This document shows positions 47,318 to 58,615 of a stretch of 64,000 bases of DNA, in pieces. The DNA is from Acidimicrobiia bacterium (GTDB lineage Bacteria; Acidobacteriota; Vicinamibacteria; Vicinamibacterales; UBA2999). The stretch covers positions 9,248 to 73,247 of the forward strand of contig JAYQOO010000005.1 in NCBI GenBank assembly GCA_038144855.1, in the 5' to 3' direction. How positions within the stretch are numbered: position 1 is the stretch's first letter; each line of letters starts with the position of its first letter. The translations under genes and the position numbers were made by a program. Below the pieces are notes generated by a model. It was given only the letters and a program-made list of their open reading frames with translations. It was not told the origin of the DNA and searched no databases.

Positions 47318-47821
47318 TTAGAAGTAGATCTTTGCGGAGAGGATCAGCAGGCCGGACACGAGGCCCGCAATGGTGTGGTGCTCGCGGTTATGAATGGCTC
47401 GCTGCCAACTGAACACGCGCTCGACTCTTGGCGCGCGCTTCTCGGCATACGCGTCATAGGCGTCGCCAAACTTCTCACGCAGATGCGCCTCTTCACTCTT
47501 CATCGCCGCCGTCAACGTCAGCGCCAGGTAGGCGATGACGATAGCCGCGACAACGCCATTGTTTGCGACGATGGCGAGACCGATACCGATCAGTGATGAG
47601 CCGAGGTACAGGGGATGCCTGGTGTAGCGATACGGTCCAGATTGCGTGACCTCTTTGCTCTTTTCGAGGTGCCCCGCCGCCCACAACCGAATCAACTCGC
47701 CGATCGCCGCCACTGTCGCGCCAAGGACGAGCGACATCAGGTTCGGAGTCGCGAGCCACATGACCACGGCCGCAAAGACAAATCCGAGAGTGACGCGCCA
47801 ACGCGCGAGCAGGCGAATCAT
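47318..47821 (-). CDS. ICMT / phospholipid-methyltransferase-family membrane methyltransferase
   Basis: SGPYRYTRHPLYLGSSLIGIGLAI...EEAHLREKFGDAYDAY. ATGA overlap with the waaC stop (47818-47821). Confidence 0.75.
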   Translation of the reverse strand: MIRLLARWRVTLGFVFAAVVMWLATPNLMSLVLGATVAAIGELIRLWAAGHLEKSKEVTQSGPYRYTRHPLYLGSSLIGIGLAIVANNGVVAAIVIAYLALTLTAAMKSEEAHLREKFGDAYDAYAEKRAPRVERVFSWQRAIHNREHHTIAGLVSGLLILSAKIYF

Positions 47822-48873
47822 TGCGCGGCCGCCTTGAGTCTCTGCTCGGCAGCCGCGGCTACATCATCCAGCGTGATTTCGTTGATACATGGCGCACCGC
47901 GCAGGCACTGACGCTTGTGATGGCACACGCACACCATCGCCTTCGAGATCACCGCATCGTTGGTGTCCCATGGGCCGTTGCGTTCGGGCCACGTGGGCCC
48001 ATACAAGCCGACGAGCGGCGTGCCCATTGCTGCGGCGATATGGAGCGGACCGGTATCGCCGGACACCACGAGCGCCGCTTCGCGCAGCAGCACCGCGAGA
48101 TCAGCGACCGAGGTCGGAGGCGCCGGAGTCGCGGCTCCGTTAGACGCTGCCGCGATCGTGTCCGCGAGTTCACGCTCGGACGGCCCCCAGGTGATCATCG
48201 ACGACAGCCCTGTGCGTTCGCGCAGTTTCGCCGCAAGCGCCCCGAACTGCTCTGGCGGCCATCGCTTGTTCGGCCACGCCGCGCCTGGATTCAACACCAC
48301 ATAGCGCTTGGCGCCCGCCGATTGAATCGCGGCCATGGTCTCTGTCGACGCTTGAGGCTGCAGCGGCATCTCGATGTCGGTTGAGTCGATCCCCAGCGCG
48401 GTCAGCAGCGACAGATTCTTGTAAATGACGTGCTGATGGCCCGATGGCCCGATGGCCCGATGGCCCGATGAAACCGTTTCCGTATAGAACGTAGCGGCCT
48501 GCGACTCTCGCACGTTGGCCTTGTCAAACCCGATGATGCGCTTCGCACCGGACGATCGCGCCCAACCAGCAGATTTCAGCAAGCCTTGAAGATCGAGCGC
48601 GCAGTCGTACTCTTGCGAACGAAGGTGCGCCACTGCCTGCACGTAGCCGAGCGCCCCACCAAACGACACGGCCTCAGCAGTCGAGAAACTATTGCGAGCG
48701 CGGCCGATGATGCGCCTGCGGAGTCCACTTGTTATTGAAAGAATAGCGGCGTAGTTCTCCTCGACCATCCAGTCCACTTCGGCGGACGGCATCGCCTTCT
48801 TGATTGCAGACAGCACCGGCAGGGCGTGAACGATGTCGCCAAGCGCACTGAGGCGCACGATCAGGATCTTCAT
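47818..48873 (-). CDS. waaC: LPS heptosyltransferase I-like (GT9)
   Basis: [39 protein letters not shown]...[25 protein letters not shown]. Contains an in-frame octamer repeat at 48435-48470. Confidence 0.8.
   Translation of the reverse strand: MKILIVRLSALGDIVHALPVLSAIKKAMPSAEVDWMVEENYAAILSITSGLRRRIIGRARNSFSTAEAVSFGGALGYVQAVAHLRSQEYDCALDLQGLLKSAGWARSSGAKRIIGFDKANVRESQAATFYTETVSSGHRAIGPSGHQHVIYKNLSLLTALGIDSTDIEMPLQPQASTETMAAIQSAGAKRYVVLNPGAAWPNKRWPPEQFGALAAKLRERTGLSSMITWGPSERELADTIAAASNGAATPAPPTSVADLAVLLREAALVVSGDTGPLHIAAAMGTPLVGLYGPTWPERNGPWDTNDAVISKAMVCVCHHKRQCLRGAPCINEITLDDVAAAAEQRLKAAAQ
48435..48470. repeat. octamer tandem repeat GATGGCCC x4.5 inside waaC
   Basis: GATGGCCC x4 + GATG, translated (minus strand) as [13 protein letters not shown]. 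Confidence 0.9.
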
Positions 48874-49337
48874 TTGAGACGCGACAGCAGGTCGCTGGTC
48901 GAGTGAGCCTTCGGATCACCGACGATCGCAATGCGGCCGCCATACGCACGCACGGTTTCGCGCTCGGGAACGGTATCCACTGTGTAGTCGGTGCCCTTGC
49001 AGTGCACGTCGGGCTTGAGCAATTCAAGTAGCGGCGTGACTGTGGGCTCGTCAAAGATCAACACGTAATCAACAACACGCAAAGCCGCAACAAGTTCGGC
49101 GCGATCTGCTTCAGCAAGGACGGGACGATTCGGCCCCTTCAGTCCGCGCACGGACGAATCGCTGTTGACCGCCACGATCAGGCGATCGCCTTCCCTCTTT
49201 GCGCCTTCGAGATAGCGAACATGGCCAACGTGCAGCAGGTCGAACGCGCCATTTGCGAACACGATCGTCAGTTTCTGCGTACGGTCGGCCCGCACCAGCT
49301 CAACCAATTTCGCCCGATCGACAACGGATCCGCTCAT
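48870..49337 (-). CDS. hldC: D-glycero-beta-D-manno-heptose-1-phosphate adenylyltransferase (RfaE domain II type)
   Basis: [41 protein letters not shown] (cytidylyltransferase-fold HxGH). Confidence 0.85.
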   Translation of the reverse strand: MSGSVVDRAKLVELVRADRTQKLTIVFANGAFDLLHVGHVRYLEGAKREGDRLIVAVNSDSSVRGLKGPNRPVLAEADRAELVAALRVVDYVLIFDEPTVTPLLELLKPDVHCKGTDYTVDTVPERETVRAYGGRIAIVGDPKAHSTSDLLSRLK

Positions 49338-49344
49338 GGAATAA

Positions 49345-49412
49345 GGGGTCGGGACTATTTTCGTCTATGACGAGCCGCTTGTCGCGGTCGAGAGGAAATT
49401 AGTCCCGACCCC
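49345..49412 (-). promoter_or_regulatory. structured intercistronic element: 13-bp perfect inverted repeat with a 42-nt loop between hldA and hldC
   Basis: GGGGTCGGGACTA (49345-49357) pairs with TAGTCCCGACCCC (49400-49412). One arm covers the last hldA codons and its TAA; the other ends 8 nt before the hldC ATG. A nested smaller hairpin sits in the loop. Confidence 0.5.
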
Positions 49413-50415
49413 GGACAGCTCGCCGCAATTCGGTTGCTGAGACGGTGGCGGTGCCGCGCTTCATCACCACGAGTCCGCCGGCGTAGTTGGCGAGGCGGGC
49501 CGCCTCCTCGAAGGTAGCGCCGGCCGCAAGAGCCAGCGTCATCGTCGCCATCACGGTGTCGCCGGCGCCGGTGACGTCCGCGATCTGGTCGGAGCCGAAG
49601 ATCGGAATGTGAACGGTCGGCTTGCCGGACTCAAACAGCGCCATGCCGCGGCTGCCGCGGGTGATCAACACGCTCGTCATGCGCGTGCGCTTCAGCAGCG
49701 CGCGACCGGCGCGTTCGAGCGCCGCCTTGTTATCGTCGATCCGCACACCGAGCACCTGCTCGACCTCGGATTCATTCGGCGTGCACGCCGTCAGGCCGCG
49801 GTAGCGCGTCAGCGCGTAGCGCGAGTCGATGAGGATCGGCACGAGCCGCTTCTTTGATTTCAGCGACGCAGCAAGCTCCGCAACGAATCGCGGCTGCACG
49901 AGTCCGGACCCGTAGTCTGAAATCAGGACGGCATCGGCATTCTTGATCGCCCTGCGGGCTGCGCGTTCGGCAACCGCGCGTTGCGCGTCGGTGACCGGCT
50001 CGCTCGTATAGCGGTCGATGCGGACGACCTGTTGCTTCGCAGAGTGGATGCCGCCGGCGAGAATGCGCGTCTTCAGCGGCGTCCGATATCCGCCGGGACG
50101 GCTCAGCCCCGCACGTTCGACCGCGCGCGGCAGGACCTTGAACAATCGGCGACCGGCTTCATCGCGGCCGGCCAGCGACACAAGGCGGACGATGCCGCCG
50201 AGGCTCGCGACGTTGTTGGCGGCGTTGCCGGCGCCACCAGGCACGATCTCGGTGGCGTCGTATTCAAGGATCAGGACCGGCGCCTCGCGAGAGACACGGG
50301 CTATGCGGCCATAGACGAATTCGTCGGCGATCAAATCACCGAACACCACGACGCGTTTGCCCTTGCAGGCCGCAATCAGGGCAAGCAGTCGCTCGGCTTC
50401 CATGCGTTCAGCCAT
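49399..50415 (-). CDS. hldA: D-glycero-beta-D-manno-heptose-7-phosphate kinase (RfaE domain I type, PfkB family; start revised)
   Basis: GKRVVVFGDLIADEFVYG...GGAGNAANNVASLGG...DVTGAGDTV. ATG at 50415 shares 1 nt with the gmhB TAA. Confidence 0.8.
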   Translation of the reverse strand: MAERMEAERLLALIAACKGKRVVVFGDLIADEFVYGRIARVSREAPVLILEYDATEIVPGGAGNAANNVASLGGIVRLVSLAGRDEAGRRLFKVLPRAVERAGLSRPGGYRTPLKTRILAGGIHSAKQQVVRIDRYTSEPVTDAQRAVAERAARRAIKNADAVLISDYGSGLVQPRFVAELAASLKSKKRLVPILIDSRYALTRYRGLTACTPNESEVEQVLGVRIDDNKAALERAGRALLKRTRMTSVLITRGSRGMALFESGKPTVHIPIFGSDQIADVTGAGDTVMATMTLALAAGATFEEAARLANYAGGLVVMKRGTATVSATELRRAVRGRD

Positions 50416-50987
50416 TATGAAGGATTGCCCTGGCCAAGGATCACCGAAACCGCGTGAATCAGGTTGTCGCAGATCGCATCGACCTTCTGCCCTGCCGGAC
50501 GCTTTTGCTCCTGTTCTGCTCCCCATCCCGTGCGCAACAGGATTGAACGCGCACCGACGGCGTGGCCAAGATTGACGTCGAGCCACTTGTCGCCCACGAC
50601 CCACGACTGCTTCGGATCAACGCCAAGATCACGCACCGCGTCCTCGACCATGCCCGGCGACGGTTTGCGGCACCGGCATTCAACCGCGAACTCCTTCACG
50701 CTGCCGCGGGGATGGTGCGTGCAGTAATACAGTGCATCCAGATCGGCGCCGGCAGGCTGCAAGCGGCGACGCATTTCGTCGTGGCAGATCTGGACGAACC
50801 CCGGATCGATCAGACCCTGCGCGATCCCTGACTGGTTCGTCACGATCACCAGCACGTAGCCCGCTCGCTTCAACAACCGCAACGCGTCAGCCGTCCACGG
50901 ATACAGCTCGAGATCCTCGAGGCGATGGAGGTAGCCGACATCGACGTTCAGGGTGCCGTCACGATCAAGGAATATCGCGCGCTTCAT
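50415..50987 (-). CDS. gmhB: D-glycero-D-manno-heptose-1,7-bisphosphate 7-phosphatase (HAD)
   Basis: MKRAIFLDRDGTLN...VIVTNQSGIAQG...CRKPSPGM...VVGDKWLD. The start at 50987 leaves 1 nt after the waaF stop. Confidence 0.85.
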   Translation of the reverse strand: MKRAIFLDRDGTLNVDVGYLHRLEDLELYPWTADALRLLKRAGYVLVIVTNQSGIAQGLIDPGFVQICHDEMRRRLQPAGADLDALYYCTHHPRGSVKEFAVECRCRKPSPGMVEDAVRDLGVDPKQSWVVGDKWLDVNLGHAVGARSILLRTGWGAEQEQKRPAGQKVDAICDNLIHAVSVILGQGNPS

Positions 50988-50988
50988 A

Positions 50989-52011
50989 TCAAATGGCTTC
51001 AAAGACCTCTCGCGCGGAAATGCGCGTCATGCAGCGATGATCGATCGGGCATTCACGAAGCATACAAGGCCGGCAGAACACATCGTGCGTGATCACCGTC
51101 GGCTTCGGAGCGTCAGGGCCGGACGCCAGGGGGAAGGTGTGTGTCTCGCGGGTCGGTCCAAACACCGCGACTACCTTCGTACCGACAGCGCCCGCGAGAT
51201 GCATCGCACCGGAATCATTCGAGACCACCGCGCGAGCCTCGCCCAGAATGCCCGCCAGTGACGGGAGGTCGCTCTTTCCTGACAAGTCGATCAATCGATT
51301 CAACCGCGTCCCGGACTTCGGCATCAGCGAACTGATCTGCTCGCATGCCGGCCGATCGGCAGCGGTGCCCACCATCAGCACGCTCCAGCCACGATCACCG
51401 ATGATCGTCGCCGCGAGCTCCGCGAAGCGCTGCGGGAGCCATTGTTTCGCGCCGCCGTACGCCGCTCCCGGAGCGAACACCACGAATGGCTCATCGGGAT
51501 CGAGACCGATTTCCTTCAGCAACTGCTGCGCACGCTCCCGATTGGGATGGACGCGGGCGAACGGCTCGCCCTGCGCCATTCCAAGTGCGGTGGTCAGCGC
51601 TTGGTAATAGGCGCGCTGATGCATGGCTACTGATGGCTTTGGGATCGCGCGAGTCAGCCAACCAGCGCGGCGATCCGTCGCAAAGCCCCATCGCTCCGCA
51701 ATCGACGCCTTCGAAGTGGTGAACGCCGTCGCGAAGGAGTTTGGCAGCAGCAGCGCGGTATCGAACCCGCCATCGGCCAGCACCCGCGCATCATCCTTCC
51801 AACCAGTGAGCGCTCGCATTCCGCCCCCACCCGACAGCGTGACCACCTGATCAACGCCCTGCACCATCGTGAACACCGGCGCGACTGACTTGCGCGCCGC
51901 GACCGCAAGATGCGCGTCCGGGAAATGACGGCGCACATCCGCGATCGCCGGCAACGCCATCACGGCGTCACCAAGCCAATTGGGCGCGAGTATGACGACC
52001 CGCCTCGTCAT
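50989..52011 (-). CDS. waaF: LPS heptosyltransferase II-like (GT9; start revised)
   Basis: MTRRVVILAPNWLGDAVMALPAIADVRRHFP...VSNDSGAMHLAGAVGTKVVAVFGPT. ATGA overlap at 52008-52011. Confidence 0.8.
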   Translation of the reverse strand: MTRRVVILAPNWLGDAVMALPAIADVRRHFPDAHLAVAARKSVAPVFTMVQGVDQVVTLSGGGGMRALTGWKDDARVLADGGFDTALLLPNSFATAFTTSKASIAERWGFATDRRAGWLTRAIPKPSVAMHQRAYYQALTTALGMAQGEPFARVHPNRERAQQLLKEIGLDPDEPFVVFAPGAAYGGAKQWLPQRFAELAATIIGDRGWSVLMVGTAADRPACEQISSLMPKSGTRLNRLIDLSGKSDLPSLAGILGEARAVVSNDSGAMHLAGAVGTKVVAVFGPTRETHTFPLASGPDAPKPTVITHDVFCRPCMLRECPIDHRCMTRISAREVFEAI

Positions 52012-52961
52012 GCCCCCTGATCCCCGATCCCTGATCCCTGATCCCTGTCCTCGTTCTTGGCCTTGGGGAACATGCCGGGCGTGTTCGGTGTCGGCGCGTC
52101 GCGCCACCGCCGGTGCATCCACAACCAGAGTTCTGGCTTCTTGCGCACGTGCATCTCGAGCACATCGGTGCACCGCTGCGTGAACTCTCGAATCGCCTCA
52201 GGACCATCGCCCTGCGGAGGTTCCACCGGTGATTCGTAGATGAACTTATAGCGACCGCCAGGCAGCGGCTCGGCGAACACCGGGATCACGGCGGCGCCGG
52301 TGCGCATCGCCAGGGCCGCAAGCGTCGATGTCGTCGCCGCAGGCCGGCGGAAGAAGTTCACCCAGATTGCGTCTGGGCTGTGCATGTGCTGATCGATCAG
52401 CAGCGCCACCCCTTCTCCGGCGGCGAGGGTCTTCAGCACGCGCCGCACGGCGCCCTGGCGGTAGATCACGTGATTGCCGGTCGACGTGCGAATGCGTTCG
52501 AGCAGATCGTTCAAGCGTACGTTGTCCAGCGATCGCGCCAACACGCCGATCGGACGCAGCGCGACCGCATGCGCCATCGCCTGGCATTCCCAAAATCCGA
52601 AATGCCCGGTGAAGAACAGCACGCCCTTGCCCTTCGCATATGCCAGACGAACGCGCTCATCACCCTCATATTCCGCGAGCGCAATCATCTTGTCCGGCGA
52701 GAGTGCGCTGAACGTCAACAGCTTCAGCAACACCTGCCCAAAGTGCGCGAAGGTCGCGCGCGCAATCGCGCGCCGTTCGCGAGCCGTCCGGTTCGGAAAG
52801 CACTGCTCGAGGTTCGTCAGGGTCACGCGGCGATGCGCGCGATCGACCGCATAGAACATCAGGCCAAGCACGGTGCCCCATCCGCGCACCATGGCGTCTG
52901 GCAGACGCGTCGCAATCCCGCGAACGATGACGACCGACCAGTACTCGATCGATTCGCGCAC
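52008..52961 (-). CDS. lipid A biosynthesis (LpxL/HtrB-family) late acyltransferase-like protein
   Basis: VLFFTGHFGFWE (HX4E acyltransferase motif). 317 aa. The C-terminal tail DRDQGSGIGDQGA is encoded by heptamer repeats. Confidence 0.7.
   Translation of the reverse strand: MRESIEYWSVVIVRGIATRLPDAMVRGWGTVLGLMFYAVDRAHRRVTLTNLEQCFPNRTARERRAIARATFAHFGQVLLKLLTFSALSPDKMIALAEYEGDERVRLAYAKGKGVLFFTGHFGFWECQAMAHAVALRPIGVLARSLDNVRLNDLLERIRTSTGNHVIYRQGAVRRVLKTLAAGEGVALLIDQHMHSPDAIWVNFFRRPAATTSTLAALAMRTGAAVIPVFAEPLPGGRYKFIYESPVEPPQGDGPEAIREFTQRCTDVLEMHVRKKPELWLWMHRRWRDAPTPNTPGMFPKAKNEDRDQGSGIGDQGA
52015..52049. repeat. heptamer tandem repeat CCCTGAT x5 (two variant units) at the lpxL-like end / waaF start
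   Basis: CCCTGAT CCCCGAT CCCTGAT CCCTGAT CCCTGTC. It encodes the DRDQGSGIGDQGA tail and sits immediately upstream of the waaF ATG. Confidence 0.9.
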
Positions 52962-53936
52962 TAGAGCACCGCCTTCACGGTCGCAAACAGCGGATCTGGC
53001 GGATCAAAGGAGACGATCAGCGGAACTCGAAAGAGCGCAAACGGCAACGCGCCAAACGATTCGAACCGCACGGCATCTTTATCGGTGGTGAACACCGCAT
53101 CAGCGCCACATGCCGATGCCTTCGCGACAATCGCGCCGACATCCGCCGCTGTATAGCGATGGTGGTCGCGAAACGTCAGCGAATCTACAACGTTCCAGCC
53201 CGCGTCCTTCAGGCAGGAGATGAAACGGTCAGGATGCGCGATGCCGGCAACCGCGAAAACGCTCTTGCACTCCCTGATCCCTGATCCCTGATCCCTGATC
53301 GCTATCGGCTCGCCAAGACTCCGGCGAGCCCCGCACGACTGCGAGATGCCCAGCGTCCATGCTTCCGCCGAAGCAGCACCGGCGTTCGCATCCGACACGA
53401 CGAGCACTTGCGCACGCGCGGCCGCATCCATCGGCTCACGCAGCCGGCCGATCGGAATCACCTTGCCGTTCGGGATCTCGCCAATCGTCGTCACCAGCAC
53501 GTCGACGTCGCGCGCCAGTTCCAGATGCTGAAATCCATCGTCGAGCACGTGCACGGTGGCGCCAAGTTGTTGTTCGGCGAGCGTGCCCGAGAGATATCGC
53601 TCCGGCGAGACGCACACGATCGCACCCGGAACCTGGCGTGCCAGCATCATCGGCTCATCGCCCGACTGATCGATAGTCGACAGGATCGATTCGCCGTCGG
53701 TGACGACCACCACACCGTCGACATTGTCGGCGCGCGCGTAACCGCGGCTGAGAATCGCTGGACGGTGTCCCTGGGTAATTAGCCACTGCGCGATCGAGGC
53801 AACCACCGGGGTTTTTCCGGTGCCGCCCATCGACAGATTGCCGACGCTAATGACGGGTTTCGCGAGGTGGCGCTGCTGCCGCGGCTGGCGCTCGAAACGC
53901 CGGCGCCGCACGCGCATCACCTGCCCGTAGATGGAA

Positions 53937-53944
<8 letters not shown>
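52961..53944 (-). CDS. lpxK: tetraacyldisaccharide 4'-kinase
   Basis: PVISVGNLSMGGTGKTPVV (P-loop). The start is uncertain. TTG at 53944 gives LLDSIYGQV... and overlaps the waaA end; ATG at 53917 is an alternative; the ORF-track start at 54100 lies inside waaA. Confidence 0.8.
53272..53299. repeat. heptamer tandem repeat CCCTGAT x4 inside lpxK
   Basis: Four perfect units, translated (minus strand) as IRDQGSGIRE. Confidence 0.9.
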
Positions 53945-56434
<2,490 letters not shown>

Positions 56435-56479
56435 CTCCCAGCTCCGATAGGGCGAACCGTCAGGTTCGCCCGTGACACG

Positions 56480-57679
56480 ATGGCCAAATATTCGATCAAG
56501 GACCTCGATCTCCGGGGCAAGCGGGTCTTCATCCGCGTCGACTTCAACGTGCCGATCAAGAACGGCGCGATCACCGACGACACCCGCATTACCTCATCGT
56601 TGCCCACGATCCGCTTCGCCCTTGATCAGGGCGCAACGGTCATCCTCGCTTCGCACCTCGGCCGGCCCAAGGGCAAACCCACGCCGGAGTTTTCGCTCAA
56701 GCCCGTGGCCGATCGCCTGAGCCAGTTGCTGGGGCGCGACGTCGTGTTTGCCGCCGACTGCATCGGCGCGCCTGCCAGGTCGGCGGTCGCCTCTGCGCAC
56801 GGCGGTTCACACGTCGCCTTGCTCGAGAACCTGCGATTCCACGCGGCCGAGGAAAAGAACGATCCGGCCTTCGCGGCCAGCCTCGCCGAACTGGCCGATC
56901 TGTACGTCAACGACGCGTTCGGCGCCGCGCACCGCGCGCATGCGTCGGTCGACGGCATCGTGTCGCACTTCCCAGGCAACCGCGCGGCGGCCGGCCTGCT
57001 GATGGACAAGGAACTGCAGTATCTCGGCATGGCGCTCGGCGATCCCGAACGTCCGTTCGTGGCCGTGATCGGTGGCGCAAAGGTCTCCGACAAGATCGAA
57101 GTCATCGAGAGCATGATGGGCCGCGTCGATCGATTGCTGATCGGCGGCGCCATGGCCTACACGTTTTTCAAGGCGCTTGGCATGCCCGTCGGCAAATCGC
57201 TGGTCGAGGACGACAAGCAGGATGCGGCGCGCTCGATCATCGAACACGCCAAGGCGCGCGGCGTCGTGCTGCAACTGCCCGTCGATCACATCGTCGCCGA
57301 CACGCTTGACGCCAACGCGGCAACCGCGGTGCTGAAGGTCGGCGATGCGGCAATCGGTGAGCGGATGGGCCTGGACATTGGCCCCGAGAGCGCCCGGCTG
57401 TATGCGGGCTTGCTGGCCGACGCCAGGACGGTGGTCTGGAACGGGCCCATGGGCGTGTTCGAAATGGCGCCCTTTGCGAACGGGACCCTGGCGGTTGCCA
57501 AAGCGGTCGCGGCCGTGACGGGTACGACCATCATCGGCGGCGGCGATTCAGTGGCGGCCATCAACGCGGCCGGTGTTGCGGATAAGATGACGCACATCTC
57601 GACCGGCGGCGGCGCCTCGCTCGAATTCCTGGGCGGCGCCGAACTCCCGGGCGTGGCAGCGTTGCCGAACAAGAACTGA
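56480..57679 (+). CDS. pgk: phosphoglycerate kinase
   Basis: [24 protein letters not shown]...[11 protein letters not shown]...[13 protein letters not shown]. Confidence 0.95.
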   Translation: MAKYSIKDLDLRGKRVFIRVDFNVPIKNGAITDDTRITSSLPTIRFALDQGATVILASHLGRPKGKPTPEFSLKPVADRLSQLLGRDVVFAADCIGAPARSAVASAHGGSHVALLENLRFHAAEEKNDPAFAASLAELADLYVNDAFGAAHRAHASVDGIVSHFPGNRAAAGLLMDKELQYLGMALGDPERPFVAVIGGAKVSDKIEVIESMMGRVDRLLIGGAMAYTFFKALGMPVGKSLVEDDKQDAARSIIEHAKARGVVLQLPVDHIVADTLDANAATAVLKVGDAAIGERMGLDIGPESARLYAGLLADARTVVWNGPMGVFEMAPFANGTLAVAKAVAAVTGTTIIGGGDSVAAINAAGVADKMTHISTGGGASLEFLGGAELPGVAALPNKN

Positions 57680-57749
57680 TGACTGACGACCGAACTGCAG
57701 ACTGTTGATCGCACACTCTTAACTGCCGACTGTCGACTGCAGACTGATG
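57675..57749. repeat. eight ACTGNNG heptamers in three blocks spanning the pgk-tpiA spacer
   Basis: ACTGATG ACTGACG (57675-57688), ACTGCAG ACTGTTG (57694-57707), ACTGCCG ACTGTCG ACTGCAG ACTGATG (57722-57749). The first unit holds the pgk TGA and the last holds the tpiA ATG. Confidence 0.85.
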
Positions 57750-58523
57750 CGCACACCTCTCATCGCCGGCAACTTCAAGATGTTCAAGACGGTCGCCGAG
57801 ACCGCTTCGTACGTCACCGACCTGCGCGCGCTGATCCACACCGCCCATGGCGTGGTCGGCGTTGATGTCGTCATCGCGCCGCCCTTCACGTCACTCTCTG
57901 CGGCGGTTGAAGCGGCACGCGGCAGCGTGGTCGGCATTGCCGCGCAGAACATGCACTGGGAACGCGAAGGGGCGTTCACGGGCGAGACCAGCGGCGGCAT
58001 GATCCACGGCACCGGCGCGCGGCTGGTGATCATCGGGCACTCCGAGCGACGCACGCTGTTTGGTGAGACCAACGAGACCGTCAACAAGAAGACGCACTCG
58101 GCAATTGCCGCCGGCCTCGTGCCGATCGTCTGCATCGGCGAGACGCTCGCCCAGCGCGATGCCAATGAGACGATCGCGGTGCTCGATCGCCAGATCGAAC
58201 AAGGCCTCGATCGCGTAACGGGCGAGCAGTTATCCCGGATGGTGCTTGCCTATGAGCCGGTGTGGGCAATTGGCACCGGGCGCAATGCCACGCCGGCTCA
58301 GGCGGGTGAAGCGCACTTTCACATTCGCCAGCGGCTCAAGCAGTGGTTCGGGCTCGACGCCTCAGCGCGCTGCCGCGTGCTCTATGGTGGCAGCGTCAAG
58401 CCCGACAACATCGCGACGCTTATTGCCGAGCCGGATGTCGACGGCGCGCTCGTCGGGGGCGCCAGCCTCGATCCGAAGTCCTTCTTCGCCATCATCCAGG
58501 GCGCCCGCTCCACGAAGTCCTAA
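57747..58523 (+). CDS. tpiA: triosephosphate isomerase
   Basis: MRTPLIAGNFKMFKT...VIIGHSERR...LAYEPVWAIGTG...YGGSVKPDN. Confidence 0.95.
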   Translation: MRTPLIAGNFKMFKTVAETASYVTDLRALIHTAHGVVGVDVVIAPPFTSLSAAVEAARGSVVGIAAQNMHWEREGAFTGETSGGMIHGTGARLVIIGHSERRTLFGETNETVNKKTHSAIAAGLVPIVCIGETLAQRDANETIAVLDRQIEQGLDRVTGEQLSRMVLAYEPVWAIGTGRNATPAQAGEAHFHIRQRLKQWFGLDASARCRVLYGGSVKPDNIATLIAEPDVDGALVGGASLDPKSFFAIIQGARSTKS

Positions 58524-58615
58524 GTTCGACGGTTCCCTGCGCCGTGTCTGGGATTCAACTCCCGGACGTGGCACAGCTTGGCCCGAATTCTGCAGTGTCG
58601 ACTGCAGGAGGGATC

